From: a virus
Length of the DNA: 64,000 nt
IMG/VR virus record: IMGVR_UViG_3300021197_001481
Coordinates: 1 to 64,000 of that record
Reading direction: 5' to 3' (one strand)
A program made the position numbers and the translations under genes. The stretch's first letter is position 1, and every line of letters starts with the position of its first letter. Positions 35,501 through 46,249 of the stretch are shown here, piece after piece. The notes below the pieces were generated by a model. That model had not been told where the DNA came from. It ran no database searches and saw only the letters and a list, made by a program, of their open reading frames with translations.

Positions 35501-38278
35501 ACTGATATCATAAGTGCAAATCAATTTGCTGTAGCAGACTATCTTGGAACAATGAAAGTGTCTCCTAGTAGTGATAACTATTTTACAAGCAGAAAACCAC
35601 TAGTAATGGTAAATGCCATAGGTGAGGTTGATAACTGGGAAACTACAATCAGTGCCTTCCAACGAGGACGAGCGTCTGGTTTTGGATCACAGTGGAGAGA
35701 TTGGGAAACACTCTGGTTTGGTTCTAGAAAAAGAAATGACGTTAATGTTGAACACGATTCATCTAGTTCTGAATATACAAACCCAAGAAGATCTTCATAC
35801 GTCTCTAGAGTTATCTCTGATAAACTCTTAAAAAGAATTGGAAATAAGATTGTTGATTTAAGTATTGTACCTTATATCAATGCTAGAACGATTACATACA
35901 CTGCGGAAAATCTGAAACCAAGCACCTTGCACAGAGTTTTCTTTGATGGTGTACAAATGACCCAGACAACACCGCTACCGAGAACAGATATTGCTGGTAA
36001 GATAAGTGGATCATTTATCTGTCCGAATAATATTCTTACGGGCAAAAAACTAATCAGAATTGTAAATACAAATGATGGAACTCTAGATCTAGCAACTTCA
36101 AGTGCTGATGCAGTATATTATGCAGAAGGGTTGTTAGACACTAAAGAAGGTGACTCATACTCTGTGCGTCCCGTCATAACTAGACGGAAAGCAAGCAACG
36201 TCGATGATGTTTCAAGTGACTATTATGATGCAAACTCTGCAAACAATCTTTCTAGATCTTATAATTCATTAACCCCGTTTGCTCAGGAAATTTCAGTAGA
36301 CCCTACAAATTTCCCAAATGGAATTATGCTGAAAGATATTGAATTATTCTTCTCTAAAGTTGCCACGGGAACCTCACTAGAACTGGACCCAATCAAAGTT
36401 CATATTCGACCAATGTATAACGGCGCACCACATCCGTTTAAAGTTCTACCATTTTCTGAAATAACAAGAACAAACGTAAGAACGGCAAAATACGATTCTC
36501 CAATTGGTAGCGGAGAAAAGTTTGAATTTTCTACTCCAGTGTACCTAAAACCAAATACAAATTATGCAATCTGTATTAGTACAAATGGAAATTATGAACT
36601 CTTTTATGGTGAAGAGGGAGAAGTGGAGAAAAAGGGAGACGTAGTTAATGCAACACAAGGCACCATGACCACTACAAAACCATTATACTTCGGATCACTA
36701 CACCTACCCCTCAACAATGGTACTTCAACAGCATATGATAATCGATTCCTTAAGATGGCAGTGAACCAATGTTCCTTTGGGGTGTCAGAATCGGGCGACT
36801 CGATAAATACAAGTTCTGTTAAGTTTGAAACAGACATCTCATTGACAGTTCCTTATCATGTATGTTTTATCCATAGCAACACACAACCATCGGACGCAGT
36901 AAATCCAGTATATGATTTGACTTCATCTAAACAGATAAGTGGTTCTATTGTTAGAAATAATATCGATGTCAATACAACAATTGATGATTGGGACGATAAA
37001 CTTATCATTGCTCCTGATCAACCCCTGTCTATAACCACTAAATTTATATCAGACAGTAAGGGTGCAGTTGCCAGTATGGTTGATGGTGACAGGTTAGGTT
37101 TCCTTGCAGTAAATTACATGGCAAATAACGATGACGGAGCAGCAACAACAGAAGAACTGCAACCCACATCAAGATTAGCATCAAACAGATCACGTTACAT
37201 AGGAAGAAAAGTAAATCTAGACAGAGCAGCAGATGATATTGTTGTGATGGTTGACGGTTCATATGTCAACCAATCAAAAATTAGGGTCTATGTAAAACTA
37301 CAGGGACCAGATCAACCAAACGGTGTTTTTGATGATAATGATTATGAAGAGTTATTCCCCGAAGGCAACCCAACGCCCGGAGAATTTGAAGCACTTAAAC
37401 CAACAGGTGAAGTTGGTGGTGTGATGAGATTTACAACCAACAACCTACTGCCCGGAACAAGTACAGAATTTACTGCCTATCAAGTTAAAATTCTATTGAT
37501 GGGTCAAAACATTGCCAATAATGGTAGTGCTAGAGAAGTTCCTGTTATCAATACAGTCTCTGCTGTTCCTCTTCGTAGAGTTTCACAAGATGAAATTCGT
37601 AGATATACTCCAGCAGGAACAGTATTGTCGTGGGCAGGTGGAGCAGCACCATTTGGATTTGTGTTATGTGATGGTTCTTCTTACAATATTGCCACACAAC
37701 CAGAATTTAAAATTCTCAAGGAAGCAATTGGAAGCACATTCAATCTAAACACTGATCCGGGTGGTAACCAATTTAGAGTTCCTGATCTTCGAGGAAGAAC
37801 TATTGTAGGAACTTCCGTATCCTCACCTACTTCCTCTACATATTCCTTATCCGAAAGAACAATTTCTGATTCTAGTGGTAGCGAATCTATTACTCTTACA
37901 AAACAACAACTTCCTCCACACTCTCACGCACTAGGCGAAGGTAGAGACACCGAGGGTGCTGGTCAGCAGGGTGAAGATAATTATAACCCCAACGATCTGA
38001 GGGTCTCGGACAGGTTGCCTGATGGTGCGTTTATTCCAACCTCAACAAATATGGGCGGAAATGATGATGGTAAGCAAAATGCGATTTGGACTTTCGACGG
38101 TAAGTGGAATAGTGGTAGACATGGTACGCTTCGTCCAGTTGCCGGAAAGAACCCGCCAATTAGCAATACAACAGACCCAGAAGATGATGAAGGTTACCGA
38201 AGCATGGCAGGAAGACCAATTACAGAATCACAGAAGATGGACCCCTTCCTCGTTCTTAACTATATAATTAAGATCTAA
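32567..38278 (+). CDS. Large virion structural protein (VrlC/DUF4815-like) with C-terminal tail-collar domain
   Basis: PYYDDFDP.K.F.RI..RPG...QAREITQLQTILQNQI, PGADRY, LARRTFDESGNY; C-terminal PAGTVLSWAG..APFGFVLCDG..FRVPDLRGR. Confidence 0.85.
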   Translation: MTTKSYRNDFHGKNPYYDDFDPAKKFVRIMSRPGLPLQAREITQLQTILQNQIERIGDHFFEEGASVRGGDITEANGVALRLANTSYTTDQLKSFINKVIQNASSGVRARITSFADKSATLSNDEYQILFATYITSGSFDSGDTLEIAGTLPLETVDLIPAANSGPPAVSIATNIVGINTGIYYADGFFIESDAESIAVAGTTYDSGADASHRDFSNPSASIGYDIKRELISSDEDESLKDPSFGFYNFNSPGADRYKVTLELSQKDISGGLTFDSEDYFEIMRIINGETTKQVRYTDYAIFEDTLARRTFDESGNYTVRPFQITTASHSEAFGQTDETKHAIKIDSGKAYIGGYEFETIAPRYIAVSKGRTTNRIQQATLSTKLENYVTLISSNDVQKGDERTTFTKNQKASIQRNTTEIGTCNVRSIEDVVIDSTTTETRLYLFNINMTNSDADDGISAFKDSTHIAVNNGTSNVQRFQIGTETGDTPLENIGPSRQIFKAPIGSGLIRASGSDGLVSSFLVKKPYTFDIASGAATITSTKPFLDGTESNYVIYYDDSSSGDGATKMKVGDSTNGFVLTTNNNDTSPKVTITKGSSVVDSGEGTIIASQRWQSDASSDIENNIRVKTLVDSTMGAKLGNATTGIIELDHCDVFSLTTLNDGVREVSSSFELDVNSGVDAYRRSRLILRAGATCATDEDGNLVINSASYKRFQHSGDGPFTVDSYPLTQITYEEIPNFTDPETGEIYSLADAYDFRPVATDANNTSFDNGSGGAQVVAFSNPVNTSTVSYEHYLSRIDSVVLDRQTREFKIVEGKPSVSPIAPELDSLDMNLGNLIVPPYTRLFSDIKYRYIDNQRSTMMDINEIEGSQQFDSYYAFKNDLEQEALNRAQNFRSSRTAFSDGIFVDTFIGHNNAVTAKRSHNCSIDPENGELRPAFESTFIRMGITGASLGSDIVHTDDNIFLPTSTSVVYDSNMIATDIISANQFAVADYLGTMKVSPSSDNYFTSRKPLVMVNAIGEVDNWETTISAFQRGRASGFGSQWRDWETLWFGSRKRNDVNVEHDSSSSEYTNPRRSSYVSRVISDKLLKRIGNKIVDLSIVPYINARTITYTAENLKPSTLHRVFFDGVQMTQTTPLPRTDIAGKISGSFICPNNILTGKKLIRIVNTNDGTLDLATSSADAVYYAEGLLDTKEGDSYSVRPVITRRKASNVDDVSSDYYDANSANNLSRSYNSLTPFAQEISVDPTNFPNGIMLKDIELFFSKVATGTSLELDPIKVHIRPMYNGAPHPFKVLPFSEITRTNVRTAKYDSPIGSGEKFEFSTPVYLKPNTNYAICISTNGNYELFYGEEGEVEKKGDVVNATQGTMTTTKPLYFGSLHLPLNNGTSTAYDNRFLKMAVNQCSFGVSESGDSINTSSVKFETDISLTVPYHVCFIHSNTQPSDAVNPVYDLTSSKQISGSIVRNNIDVNTTIDDWDDKLIIAPDQPLSITTKFISDSKGAVASMVDGDRLGFLAVNYMANNDDGAATTEELQPTSRLASNRSRYIGRKVNLDRAADDIVVMVDGSYVNQSKIRVYVKLQGPDQPNGVFDDNDYEELFPEGNPTPGEFEALKPTGEVGGVMRFTTNNLLPGTSTEFTAYQVKILLMGQNIANNGSAREVPVINTVSAVPLRRVSQDEIRRYTPAGTVLSWAGGAAPFGFVLCDGSSYNIATQPEFKILKEAIGSTFNLNTDPGGNQFRVPDLRGRTIVGTSVSSPTSSTYSLSERTISDSSGSESITLTKQQLPPHSHALGEGRDTEGAGQQGEDNYNPNDLRVSDRLPDGAFIPTSTNMGGNDDGKQNAIWTFDGKWNSGRHGTLRPVAGKNPPISNTTDPEDDEGYRSMAGRPITESQKMDPFLVLNYIIKI

Positions 38279-38293
38279 TACAGAAAGACACTA

Positions 38294-40087
38294 ATGGCAG
38301 GAAAAGCGTTTAATAATCTGAATAAGATTTTCCTCTCGGACACCTTCCGAGCGTGGTTTGATAAAACAAACCAAATTGTCAACACATTAAATCCTCTTGA
38401 GGTTTATGGTGTTACCGCAGGCGAAGGCGAAGTAGCAGGAATAACAATGGACTTCGGATCTGATGGTATTGTTACCGTTGGTCTTAAACTTCCTGATGCA
38501 CTAACCGGCGACTTTACATTCAATAGTGGTGTGACTTTTGCTAATTTTGTAAGTGTTTCTGGTCTTACTGTAGACTTTGCTCCCAACGGAGGAAATGGTG
38601 CGACACTGACTGGACGAGTTGTCCGTAGCGTCAATGGAGCGTTTGGGGATGTTGCACTCGACTTTGTTGCAATTCCCGGAAACTCTGCTGATGGCGACAT
38701 CTTGTATTATGAAAATACTGGTGCAGGTGCAACTTTCAGATCATATAATCTTTTCTCAGACGGAACTGCCGACAATGGAATGATGCATATTGGTGGGAGC
38801 GGCGGCGTATTCTTTGGTATTACCGCAGGTGGTGCATCTTCTGCAAATGAATTTGTAAAACTAGGAAACATCCAACTAGTAGGTGCAACCGCATCTGGTA
38901 TCTACATGGTGGACAACTCACAGACAGCATTAAGCACCGCAAAGATTGCGGGTGCAGATATTCGTTACGGAACCGAAGGAAGTTCACAACTTCTAACAAT
39001 CGGTGGCAGGAATATTTCCGGTGTTGCACACGGAACCAAGAATCTAATTCTTGATTTCAACAGACAGTCGATTATTGTCGGTGGTGGTGCTGTTTCTAGT
39101 GTAGGAACCACAAACGGTATTGTAGATATTCGAGACGAGGGTAACATTGGTATCCCCATACAATACACAGACACAAGTGGATCCACTTTTGCCATTAAGT
39201 ATCTTTCCGCAGGTGAAACACTAGGAGGACTTTCTGGTGGCGGCGAAGCGGGTCTTGCCCACTTCCAAGGACACCCAGCAACAAAGGGTCTTCTAGGAGA
39301 TAAGAGAATCCGTTTGGCAAATGTCGCTGGATCTGTTGAAGTGGAACTAGTAGGATCTGGTAAAACTTCTGGGTTTGCTGTCTACGGACAAAAACCAGAG
39401 TATGGAAATGCTCTTCTACCTGCAATGGTCGTGAGACGAGACGGTGATGTGGTAATAGGTGGTATTCGTGCAGAAGATGGCGGTATCACAGGAACCACAT
39501 ACGGTGCATTGAACATTGCAAGTGGAAAACTCCGTGTCGGTGGTTCTGCGGGTGCAGTAGTAACAAACGGTTATCAGGTTCTTTCTTCAGATGGTGATGT
39601 TGCAAGTTGGAAAACTCTGTCATCGACCGCTTTTAATTATAGTGGAGATGTAGGATCAGTTCTAAATGGTTACCAATCTCAAACAGACATTGTTTTAGAT
39701 CAAGCACTTGGTGGAATTAGGTGTCAGGATAGAGATGGAAATGACATGACAGGACCATTCTCCGCAACTATCAATATGCCGCTTGCATTACTTACAGGAA
39801 GCGTTGATATTTCTGATGTATCCCAGCAAGCAGTGTATGGGGTTAGAATGGTATTAGATGGTATTAATATAGACAAGTTCATTAGTGCAAGAGATTTTGT
39901 TTCCATAGGAAGTTATGGATCAACCACTTCCAAATTAATGAGTCAATCATTCACTTTCAGCGGAAATGCAAGCAGCAGTGTGAAGTTTTTCCCCTTCATG
40001 ACAACACTAAGCACATACGGGATTAATCAAAAATTCTTATATCAAGCAAAAGGGTCATACTTAGTAACTTTCAATAAGTTAGGATAA
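38294..40087 (+). CDS. Tail fibre-like structural protein
   Basis: N-terminal SDTFRAWFDKTNQI motif of T4-like fibres; VRSVNG.FGDV; Gly/Thr-rich. Confidence 0.6.
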   Translation: MAGKAFNNLNKIFLSDTFRAWFDKTNQIVNTLNPLEVYGVTAGEGEVAGITMDFGSDGIVTVGLKLPDALTGDFTFNSGVTFANFVSVSGLTVDFAPNGGNGATLTGRVVRSVNGAFGDVALDFVAIPGNSADGDILYYENTGAGATFRSYNLFSDGTADNGMMHIGGSGGVFFGITAGGASSANEFVKLGNIQLVGATASGIYMVDNSQTALSTAKIAGADIRYGTEGSSQLLTIGGRNISGVAHGTKNLILDFNRQSIIVGGGAVSSVGTTNGIVDIRDEGNIGIPIQYTDTSGSTFAIKYLSAGETLGGLSGGGEAGLAHFQGHPATKGLLGDKRIRLANVAGSVEVELVGSGKTSGFAVYGQKPEYGNALLPAMVVRRDGDVVIGGIRAEDGGITGTTYGALNIASGKLRVGGSAGAVVTNGYQVLSSDGDVASWKTLSSTAFNYSGDVGSVLNGYQSQTDIVLDQALGGIRCQDRDGNDMTGPFSATINMPLALLTGSVDISDVSQQAVYGVRMVLDGINIDKFISARDFVSIGSYGSTTSKLMSQSFTFSGNASSSVKFFPFMTTLSTYGINQKFLYQAKGSYLVTFNKLG

Positions 40088-40094
40088 TATACAC

Positions 40095-41159
40095 ATGGCA
40101 GATTACGACGGAATTATAAGAGGACCAAACAGGGTTTATTATGTCTTTGATAGACTGAGCGGAGATGGTACGGGTGGTACATCTGCCAATTTTTTAACCA
40201 CCATTGATATATCGGGATCAACTACAGCATATGTTAGTGCTGGGGGTCATACGGTCGGCACCACTGCTGAACTAGACATGTATGTTGGTAATAGAGCATA
40301 TACTAACTTCACAAGAAAAAACGAAGTATTATTTTCTGATTTTGTGAACGGAGGAATCACTTCAACCACAACTTCATTTACACCAGATCCTAGAATTCAG
40401 TTTGGTATTATCATAAACGGAACTGCTGGTTCGTTTACTGGACATCATATGGATGAAATTCATGTGACCGCTAATGCAGGAGAAACTTTCCAAGGATTTT
40501 TAGGGCACATAGAATACAGTGCAAACAACACATCACTAGCAACAGACACAGCGTTATTGGGATTGGTTGCTTTTGGATTATCCGGATCTGATGCAACATC
40601 CACTGAAGATCTATACGTTATGGGAGCAGGAAAAACTCTTGAAAATAAAGATAATTCAACAACTACCACAGTAGCGAGTGCATCTAAAATTAATTATGTT
40701 GATGTGGATGTTTATAATAGTATTATTTCTGGACAAATTCGTTCTCAATTTAATACATTTGGTCTAATTGGAATAACCATTGGTGATGCTGATCAGAAAC
40801 AAAATGTATTCTTTAATCCATGTGACGAAGAACTTGTTTCCTACGTTTCCACTTTGCTACCTGCGTTTGATCACGGGGCATCTGGTGCTTCTGGACAAGA
40901 TTATACTCAGACAAATGTATTTACTATGTTGGCGGGTGTGACTGGCGATCTTTCGGATGTAAATACTAATGGTACAAATGTTATTTATGGAGTTACCTTT
41001 AATGCTTCCACTGGTGGAACAGTAGGAAACTCCGCCTTTGAAGAATTTTCTCATGCAGTCATTCATAAGTACACAGAGAAACAAAACAACATGGGCGGAA
41101 AACTATATGAACTGGGATTAAAGAAATCAACAAGAGCAATGGATGAAATAGATTTCTGA
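40095..41159 (+). CDS. Hypothetical structural protein (G-x-T rich)
   Basis: 354-aa ORF at the end of the tail operon. Confidence 0.65.
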   Translation: MADYDGIIRGPNRVYYVFDRLSGDGTGGTSANFLTTIDISGSTTAYVSAGGHTVGTTAELDMYVGNRAYTNFTRKNEVLFSDFVNGGITSTTTSFTPDPRIQFGIIINGTAGSFTGHHMDEIHVTANAGETFQGFLGHIEYSANNTSLATDTALLGLVAFGLSGSDATSTEDLYVMGAGKTLENKDNSTTTTVASASKINYVDVDVYNSIISGQIRSQFNTFGLIGITIGDADQKQNVFFNPCDEELVSYVSTLLPAFDHGASGASGQDYTQTNVFTMLAGVTGDLSDVNTNGTNVIYGVTFNASTGGTVGNSAFEEFSHAVIHKYTEKQNNMGGKLYELGLKKSTRAMDEIDF

Positions 41160-41171
41160 TTATCCTGCTCC

Positions 41172-41178
41172 CTACATA
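41172..41178 (+). promoter_or_regulatory. Putative late promoter CTACATA
   Basis: Intergenic upstream of gp13; motif recurs before many late genes. Confidence 0.55.
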
Positions 41179-41200
41179 TATTATGGCAAGGAGCATATAA

Positions 41201-41992
41201 ATGGCAAAACCCACATCTAGACAGGAACTCAAGGATTATGCACTTCGCAGACTTGGATCACCTGTTGTTGAAATTAACGTAGATGACGCACAAGTAGAGG
41301 ACCGTGTAGATGATGCTCTACAAATGTTTGCTGAGTATCACTTTGATGGTGTTCAGAAAGCATTCTATAAGTATGCAGTAACAAGCGAGGACATCAGCAA
41401 CGGTTATATTGATACCGACTCATTAGTAAAAAATGATGGGGCAATTGGTCCCGAACTAGAGGCAGGGAACCAAATTATTTCTGTCCTCCGTATTTTTGAA
41501 TTTTCTGAGGGTGGAACTAGCAATATATTCAGTGTGCCATATCAGATGGCACTGAATGATGTGATGGGAATTAGAAACCCCGGTTCTATTATTGACTATA
41601 CCATGACACAATCACATATCCAGATGATTCAAGATTATTTGGACCCAGAAAAGGCGATACGATTCAGTCGTGTAACAAACAGAATTTACGTTGACACAAA
41701 CTGGACTGAAGATATTTCAGCAGGACAATTTTTAACAATCGAATGCTACGTTGCACTGAGTCCGACAACCTATCCAGAAATTTTTAACGATATTCTTCTT
41801 AAAAAGTATGTCACTGCTTCCATCAAACAGCAGTGGGGAGCAAACTTATCAAAGTATACAAATGTCACTCTTCCGGGTGGTCTTTCATATAATGGTTCAG
41901 AAATTTATCAACAAGCAACCGATGAAATGAACCAAATTGAAGAGTCGCTTTCTGATAAGTATGAACTTCCACCAGATATGAGCGTAGGGTAA
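41201..41992 (+). CDS. gp13: Neck protein gp13
   Basis: LKDYALRRLGSPVVEINVDD.Q..DR.DDALQ...EYHFDG, KQQWGANLSKY..V.LPGG. Confidence 0.95.
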   Translation: MAKPTSRQELKDYALRRLGSPVVEINVDDAQVEDRVDDALQMFAEYHFDGVQKAFYKYAVTSEDISNGYIDTDSLVKNDGAIGPELEAGNQIISVLRIFEFSEGGTSNIFSVPYQMALNDVMGIRNPGSIIDYTMTQSHIQMIQDYLDPEKAIRFSRVTNRIYVDTNWTEDISAGQFLTIECYVALSPTTYPEIFNDILLKKYVTASIKQQWGANLSKYTNVTLPGGLSYNGSEIYQQATDEMNQIEESLSDKYELPPDMSVG

Positions 41993-41996
41993 ATCA

Positions 41997-42455
41997 ATGT
42001 CATTTAACAAAAATATAGACACATCAAGTTTCGACGATTTTGACTTTGGATTTGAATTGGTAGACAGTCCTACTCCAACCGATACTCCACAAGAACAACA
42101 GTCAGTTTCTGTTGACACAAGCGAAATTGATGATCGACTCGAATCATTAGAAAAGAAAATTAGCAATGTTCTTAACATTGTATCCCTTAATGATTCTGGT
42201 GATGATATCAAACAGGCAATTGAAGAACAAGGATCATGTATTAATAATGCATTGGACTCAATAGAAGAAGTGAAAGACAGTTTAGAAAAAGACTACGAAA
42301 AAAAACTAGAGGAAATTGAGAATCTCGTTCTCCCGCTTCTAGTAAATCTTACAAAAAATCCAGAGAGAGAATTCATAAAGTGGCCAAGTCGAGCAGAATC
42401 TGTTCAGGGTCACATCAATAAAATCTTAGAGGTAACCAGAGGCGATGGCGACTAA
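41997..42455 (+). CDS. Hypothetical coiled-coil protein of T4-like phages
   Basis: DFDFGF N-terminus; LPLLVNLTKNPEREFIKWPSR C-terminus. Confidence 0.7.
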   Translation: MSFNKNIDTSSFDDFDFGFELVDSPTPTDTPQEQQSVSVDTSEIDDRLESLEKKISNVLNIVSLNDSGDDIKQAIEEQGSCINNALDSIEEVKDSLEKDYEKKLEEIENLVLPLLVNLTKNPEREFIKWPSRAESVQGHINKILEVTRGDGD

Positions 42456-43299
42456 TCCATATTTCCGCAAAGCAGTTCCAGCAGAACAAGACCTGATTGA
42501 TGATCTCTCTATAGAAGTTATCAAAATAAATGGTTTTGATATGATATACCTGCCAAGAACTCTTGTGCGGGAAGATGAACTTTTTGGTGAAGACAGATCT
42601 CCTTCTAGATTTACAACTGGACGAGAAATAGAAATGCTTGTCGAATCAGTTGATGGGTTTGAGGGCGACGGAGAAGTGTTCTCTCGATTTGGTCTTGAGA
42701 TCAAAGACAATGTTTCGCTGCTGGTAGCGAGAAAAAGATTTGAGACAGAATTTGGAGATCTTGGATTTTTATCACCCAGAGAAGGTGATCTATTGTACTT
42801 TCCAATCTCCGGAGGATTGTTTGAAATTGATTATGTTGAGAGAGAAAATCCATTCTATCAACTTAACAAAATTAGCACATACAAAATTACATGCTCGCTC
42901 TTCCGATATAGTGGAGAGGATTTCAACACCGGGTGGACTGTTATTGATGGGGTTACCTCAGACCACACACAACAATATACGACTCTCGTTCTTGGTGCTG
43001 GATCAGGAAATTATAAAGAAGGCGAAACAGTCATACAAGGTGCTGGTTCTACCATTGCAGGACAGGTACAAGAATGGTTGTCTGCAAGCACTACTCTTTA
43101 CGTTACAGGACTGACAGGAGAATTCCAAGCAGGAATCACCGTCCAAGGACAGTCTTCTGGTACTGAATATCTCCTTGGAAGTTCTGGAGTCACCAGTCAC
43201 TTTGCTGTTAATGATGTCGATGAAGATAACTTAGAATTTGAAACAGAGAACCTCTTTGACTTTACTGATACAGATCCGTTCTCGGAAGGTGATCTATAA
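42445..43299 (+). CDS. gp14: Neck protein gp14
   Basis: NPYF, EQDLIDDL, YLPR..D.LFGED, FSRFGLEIKD, PREGDLLYFP, PFYQL, DF.D.DPFSE. Confidence 0.93.
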   Translation: MATNPYFRKAVPAEQDLIDDLSIEVIKINGFDMIYLPRTLVREDELFGEDRSPSRFTTGREIEMLVESVDGFEGDGEVFSRFGLEIKDNVSLLVARKRFETEFGDLGFLSPREGDLLYFPISGGLFEIDYVERENPFYQLNKISTYKITCSLFRYSGEDFNTGWTVIDGVTSDHTQQYTTLVLGAGSGNYKEGETVIQGAGSTIAGQVQEWLSASTTLYVTGLTGEFQAGITVQGQSSGTEYLLGSSGVTSHFAVNDVDEDNLEFETENLFDFTDTDPFSEGDL

Positions 43300-44150
43300 T
43301 GTTTGAAACTTTTTATAACGAAACTATAAGAAACACAGTAATTGGATTTGGTTCTCTTTTTAATGAGATTTATGTTGTCCGTAAAGATAACAGCGGAAAC
43401 GAAACAAGTCGATTCAAAGTCCCTATCACATATGCACCAAAAGAAAAATTCATTCGGATGCTCAACGAGTATTCTGGATTAAAGGGATCTGCAAACGAAC
43501 GAGACATATCCACAATTCTTCCACGAATCGGTTTCAATATCGAGGCGATCATCTATGATGCTGAAAGAAAAAGAAACACTTTATCAAAACGATACAGTGC
43601 TAGTTCTACATCAAATCAAATAAAAACAGAGTATGCAGAAGTTCCATATGCGGTTGACTTCTTTCTTACCGTGGCAGCAAGAAGTATGGAAGACGGTCTT
43701 CAGATTATCGAGCAGATCCTAGCATACTTCACACCAGAATTTACAGTCACGATGAACTTCACAGATTCTAGAAATAGAATTGATGTGCCAATTGTTCTTT
43801 CCTCTGTCGCATCAGAAATCGATTTTGAGGGTGACTCCTCAACACAACGATCTATTATTTTTAACCTTGCCTTTACCGCTCGAACATATGTGTATGGTCC
43901 CACCAAGGAAAGCAAGATTATTACAAAAGTCGATACTACATTCTTCAATACTGACTTCGATACCCAAGGAAACCTCACAGGAGCAACCGGCGCACTTGCA
44001 AGGGTTATTGCAGGTATCACTGGTCCTAATGGTGCAACCTCTGATATAAATGAATATACTGGAACGAATGTGTTTGGATCTACCACTGACAGAGCAAATT
44101 CGATCTTTGAATACCCAGACACACTTGATTCGCTAGGAGCAACAATATGA
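43299..44150 (+). CDS. gp15: Tail sheath stabilizer/terminator gp15
   Basis: FYNETIR..VIGFGSLFN, VPITYAPKEKF, LPRIGF, QIIEQIL.YFTP. Confidence 0.93.
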   Translation: MFETFYNETIRNTVIGFGSLFNEIYVVRKDNSGNETSRFKVPITYAPKEKFIRMLNEYSGLKGSANERDISTILPRIGFNIEAIIYDAERKRNTLSKRYSASSTSNQIKTEYAEVPYAVDFFLTVAARSMEDGLQIIEQILAYFTPEFTVTMNFTDSRNRIDVPIVLSSVASEIDFEGDSSTQRSIIFNLAFTARTYVYGPTKESKIITKVDTTFFNTDFDTQGNLTGATGALARVIAGITGPNGATSDINEYTGTNVFGSTTDRANSIFEYPDTLDSLGATI

Positions 44151-44605
44151 GTGATAATTTAGAAAATTCTTTGAATATAGAAAAGACAGAAACAAAAAAC
44201 GAAGTCGTCAGAAAACCACCAGTCGAGATCGTAGTTTCTGATGAGGTGAGAGCGAACAAAAAACAAAACGATGCAAATAAAGACTATGCAGAAGTTCGTG
44301 ATAATCTAAAGAATATAATTGGCACAGGGTTAAATGCCATCGACGGGATTCTTTCCGTTGCAAGTGAGGGAGAGTCTCCACGGGCATATGAGGTCGTCTC
44401 ACAGTTAATTAAGAGTGTCACAGATGCCAACAAAGATCTCATCGGTCTACATGAGCAGATGAAGAAACTCGACGAAGATACCGGGGGAAGATCCTCGGGT
44501 CCAGTCACCAATAATTCGATTTTCGTTGGTTCCACAAAAGAACTACAAAAACTAGTGAAGAATAACTTTAAACAATTGGAAGATGAAGCGAATGGCGAAT
44601 CATGA
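44147..44605 (+). CDS. gp16: Terminase small subunit gp16
   Basis: DY..VR.NL, SPRAYEV, TNNSIFVGST.ELQK. Confidence 0.93.
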   Translation: MSDNLENSLNIEKTETKNEVVRKPPVEIVVSDEVRANKKQNDANKDYAEVRDNLKNIIGTGLNAIDGILSVASEGESPRAYEVVSQLIKSVTDANKDLIGLHEQMKKLDEDTGGRSSGPVTNNSIFVGSTKELQKLVKNNFKQLEDEANGES

Positions 44606-46235
44606 GTCAACATACCTTGGTAACATAAACCTAAAACCTGCTGGCGTGAACATCGAGTTCACCGAAGAACAAGTTCAAGAGTATCTTAAGTGCCAAGCAG
44701 ATCCCCTATATTTTATTAAAAATTATATCAAGATTATTTCTCTTGATCATGGTCTTGTTCCATTTAAAACTTGGGCGTACCAAGACAATATGATCAACAC
44801 AATCCACAATAATAGATTCACAATTGCTAAACTTCCCCGACAGTCCGGGAAGTCTACTACCGTTATTGCATATCTCTTGCATTATGTTCTTTTCAATTCA
44901 GAAGTCAACGTGGCAATTCTTGCTAACAAGCAGGCGACCGCACGCGAACTACTCTACCGTCTGAAGTTGGCATATGAAAACTTACCCAAGTGGTTACAAC
45001 AAGGAATTGTAGAATGGAACAAAGGTAATATTTCTTTAGAAAATAACTCTAAGGTTCTTGCCTCATCCACCTCGTCCAGTGCAGTTCGTGGTGGTTCGTT
45101 CAACATGATCTTTCTAGATGAATTTGCGTATGTCCCTGAAAATGTGGCAGATGAATTCTTCTCGTCTGTCTATCCGACAATCTCATCCGGTAAAGAAACC
45201 AAAGTCCTAATTATTAGCACCCCCAAAGGTTTGAATATGTACTACAAACTGTGGCGGGATGCAGAGGAAGGAAATAACTCTTATGTTCCTGTTGAAGTAC
45301 ATTGGTCGGAAGTTCCGGGTCGTGATGACAAGTGGAAGAAAGAAACGATTGCCAATACGTCAGCGTCACAATTTCGTGCTGAGTTTGAGTGCGAGTTTAT
45401 TGGGTCACAGAACACTCTGATTGATCCGTCTAAATTAAAATGTTTAGCGTATCGAAAACCATGTGCAGAACGCGATGATGGTTTTGTACAATACTATCCA
45501 CCCGAGGAAGGTCGCACATATTTCATGGCAGTTGATGTGTCGCGTGGTCGAGAACTTGATTATCATGCAGTCACAGTTCTAGATATCACAGAGATGCCAT
45601 ACAAAATTTGTGCAATTTATAGAAATAATCAACTTGCTCCGATGCTCTTGCCGAACGTGGTGAACGCTATGGGTCACATTTACAACAAAGCATGGTGTCT
45701 GGTAGAGATTAATGATATCGGGGGTCAGGTCGCGGATGTTCTATACAACGAACTTGAATATGAAAATCTTATGATCACCAGTGTTCGTGGTCGAAAGGGT
45801 CAGACGATGGATGGTGGTTTTGGTAGTTTTCAATCACAACTTGGTGTGCGAACCAGTCCCGCTGTGAAAAAACTTGGATGTGCCTTACTCAAAGACATGA
45901 TCGAGGGCGACAAAATGCTCATCGAAGATTATAATATGATCCAAGAACTTACTGCTTTTGTTGCAAAAAAGAATTCTTACGAAGCAGAAACTGGTCACCA
46001 CGATGACCTAGTAATGACTCTGGTTTTGTTTGCATGGACCACTTCACAGAATTATTTCAAAGAACTAACAGACCTAGATATAAGGACGAAACTTTATCAA
46101 GATAAGATTCGTCAAATAGAAGAAGATCTTGCTCCATTTGGTTTTATTGACGACGGGTCGTCGGACGATACCTTCGTTGACAATCAAGGAACGCGATGGA
46201 GTGTGGATAACGACAACAATAATATGGATTGGTGA
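44592..46235 (+). CDS. gp17: Terminase large subunit gp17
   Basis: Walker A PRQSGKST, Walker B IFLDEFA, STPKG, HDDLVM; uninterrupted. Confidence 0.97.
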   Translation: MANHESTYLGNINLKPAGVNIEFTEEQVQEYLKCQADPLYFIKNYIKIISLDHGLVPFKTWAYQDNMINTIHNNRFTIAKLPRQSGKSTTVIAYLLHYVLFNSEVNVAILANKQATARELLYRLKLAYENLPKWLQQGIVEWNKGNISLENNSKVLASSTSSSAVRGGSFNMIFLDEFAYVPENVADEFFSSVYPTISSGKETKVLIISTPKGLNMYYKLWRDAEEGNNSYVPVEVHWSEVPGRDDKWKKETIANTSASQFRAEFECEFIGSQNTLIDPSKLKCLAYRKPCAERDDGFVQYYPPEEGRTYFMAVDVSRGRELDYHAVTVLDITEMPYKICAIYRNNQLAPMLLPNVVNAMGHIYNKAWCLVEINDIGGQVADVLYNELEYENLMITSVRGRKGQTMDGGFGSFQSQLGVRTSPAVKKLGCALLKDMIEGDKMLIEDYNMIQELTAFVAKKNSYEAETGHHDDLVMTLVLFAWTTSQNYFKELTDLDIRTKLYQDKIRQIEEDLAPFGFIDDGSSDDTFVDNQGTRWSVDNDNNNMDW

Positions 46236-46249
46236 AAATGATTAATTTG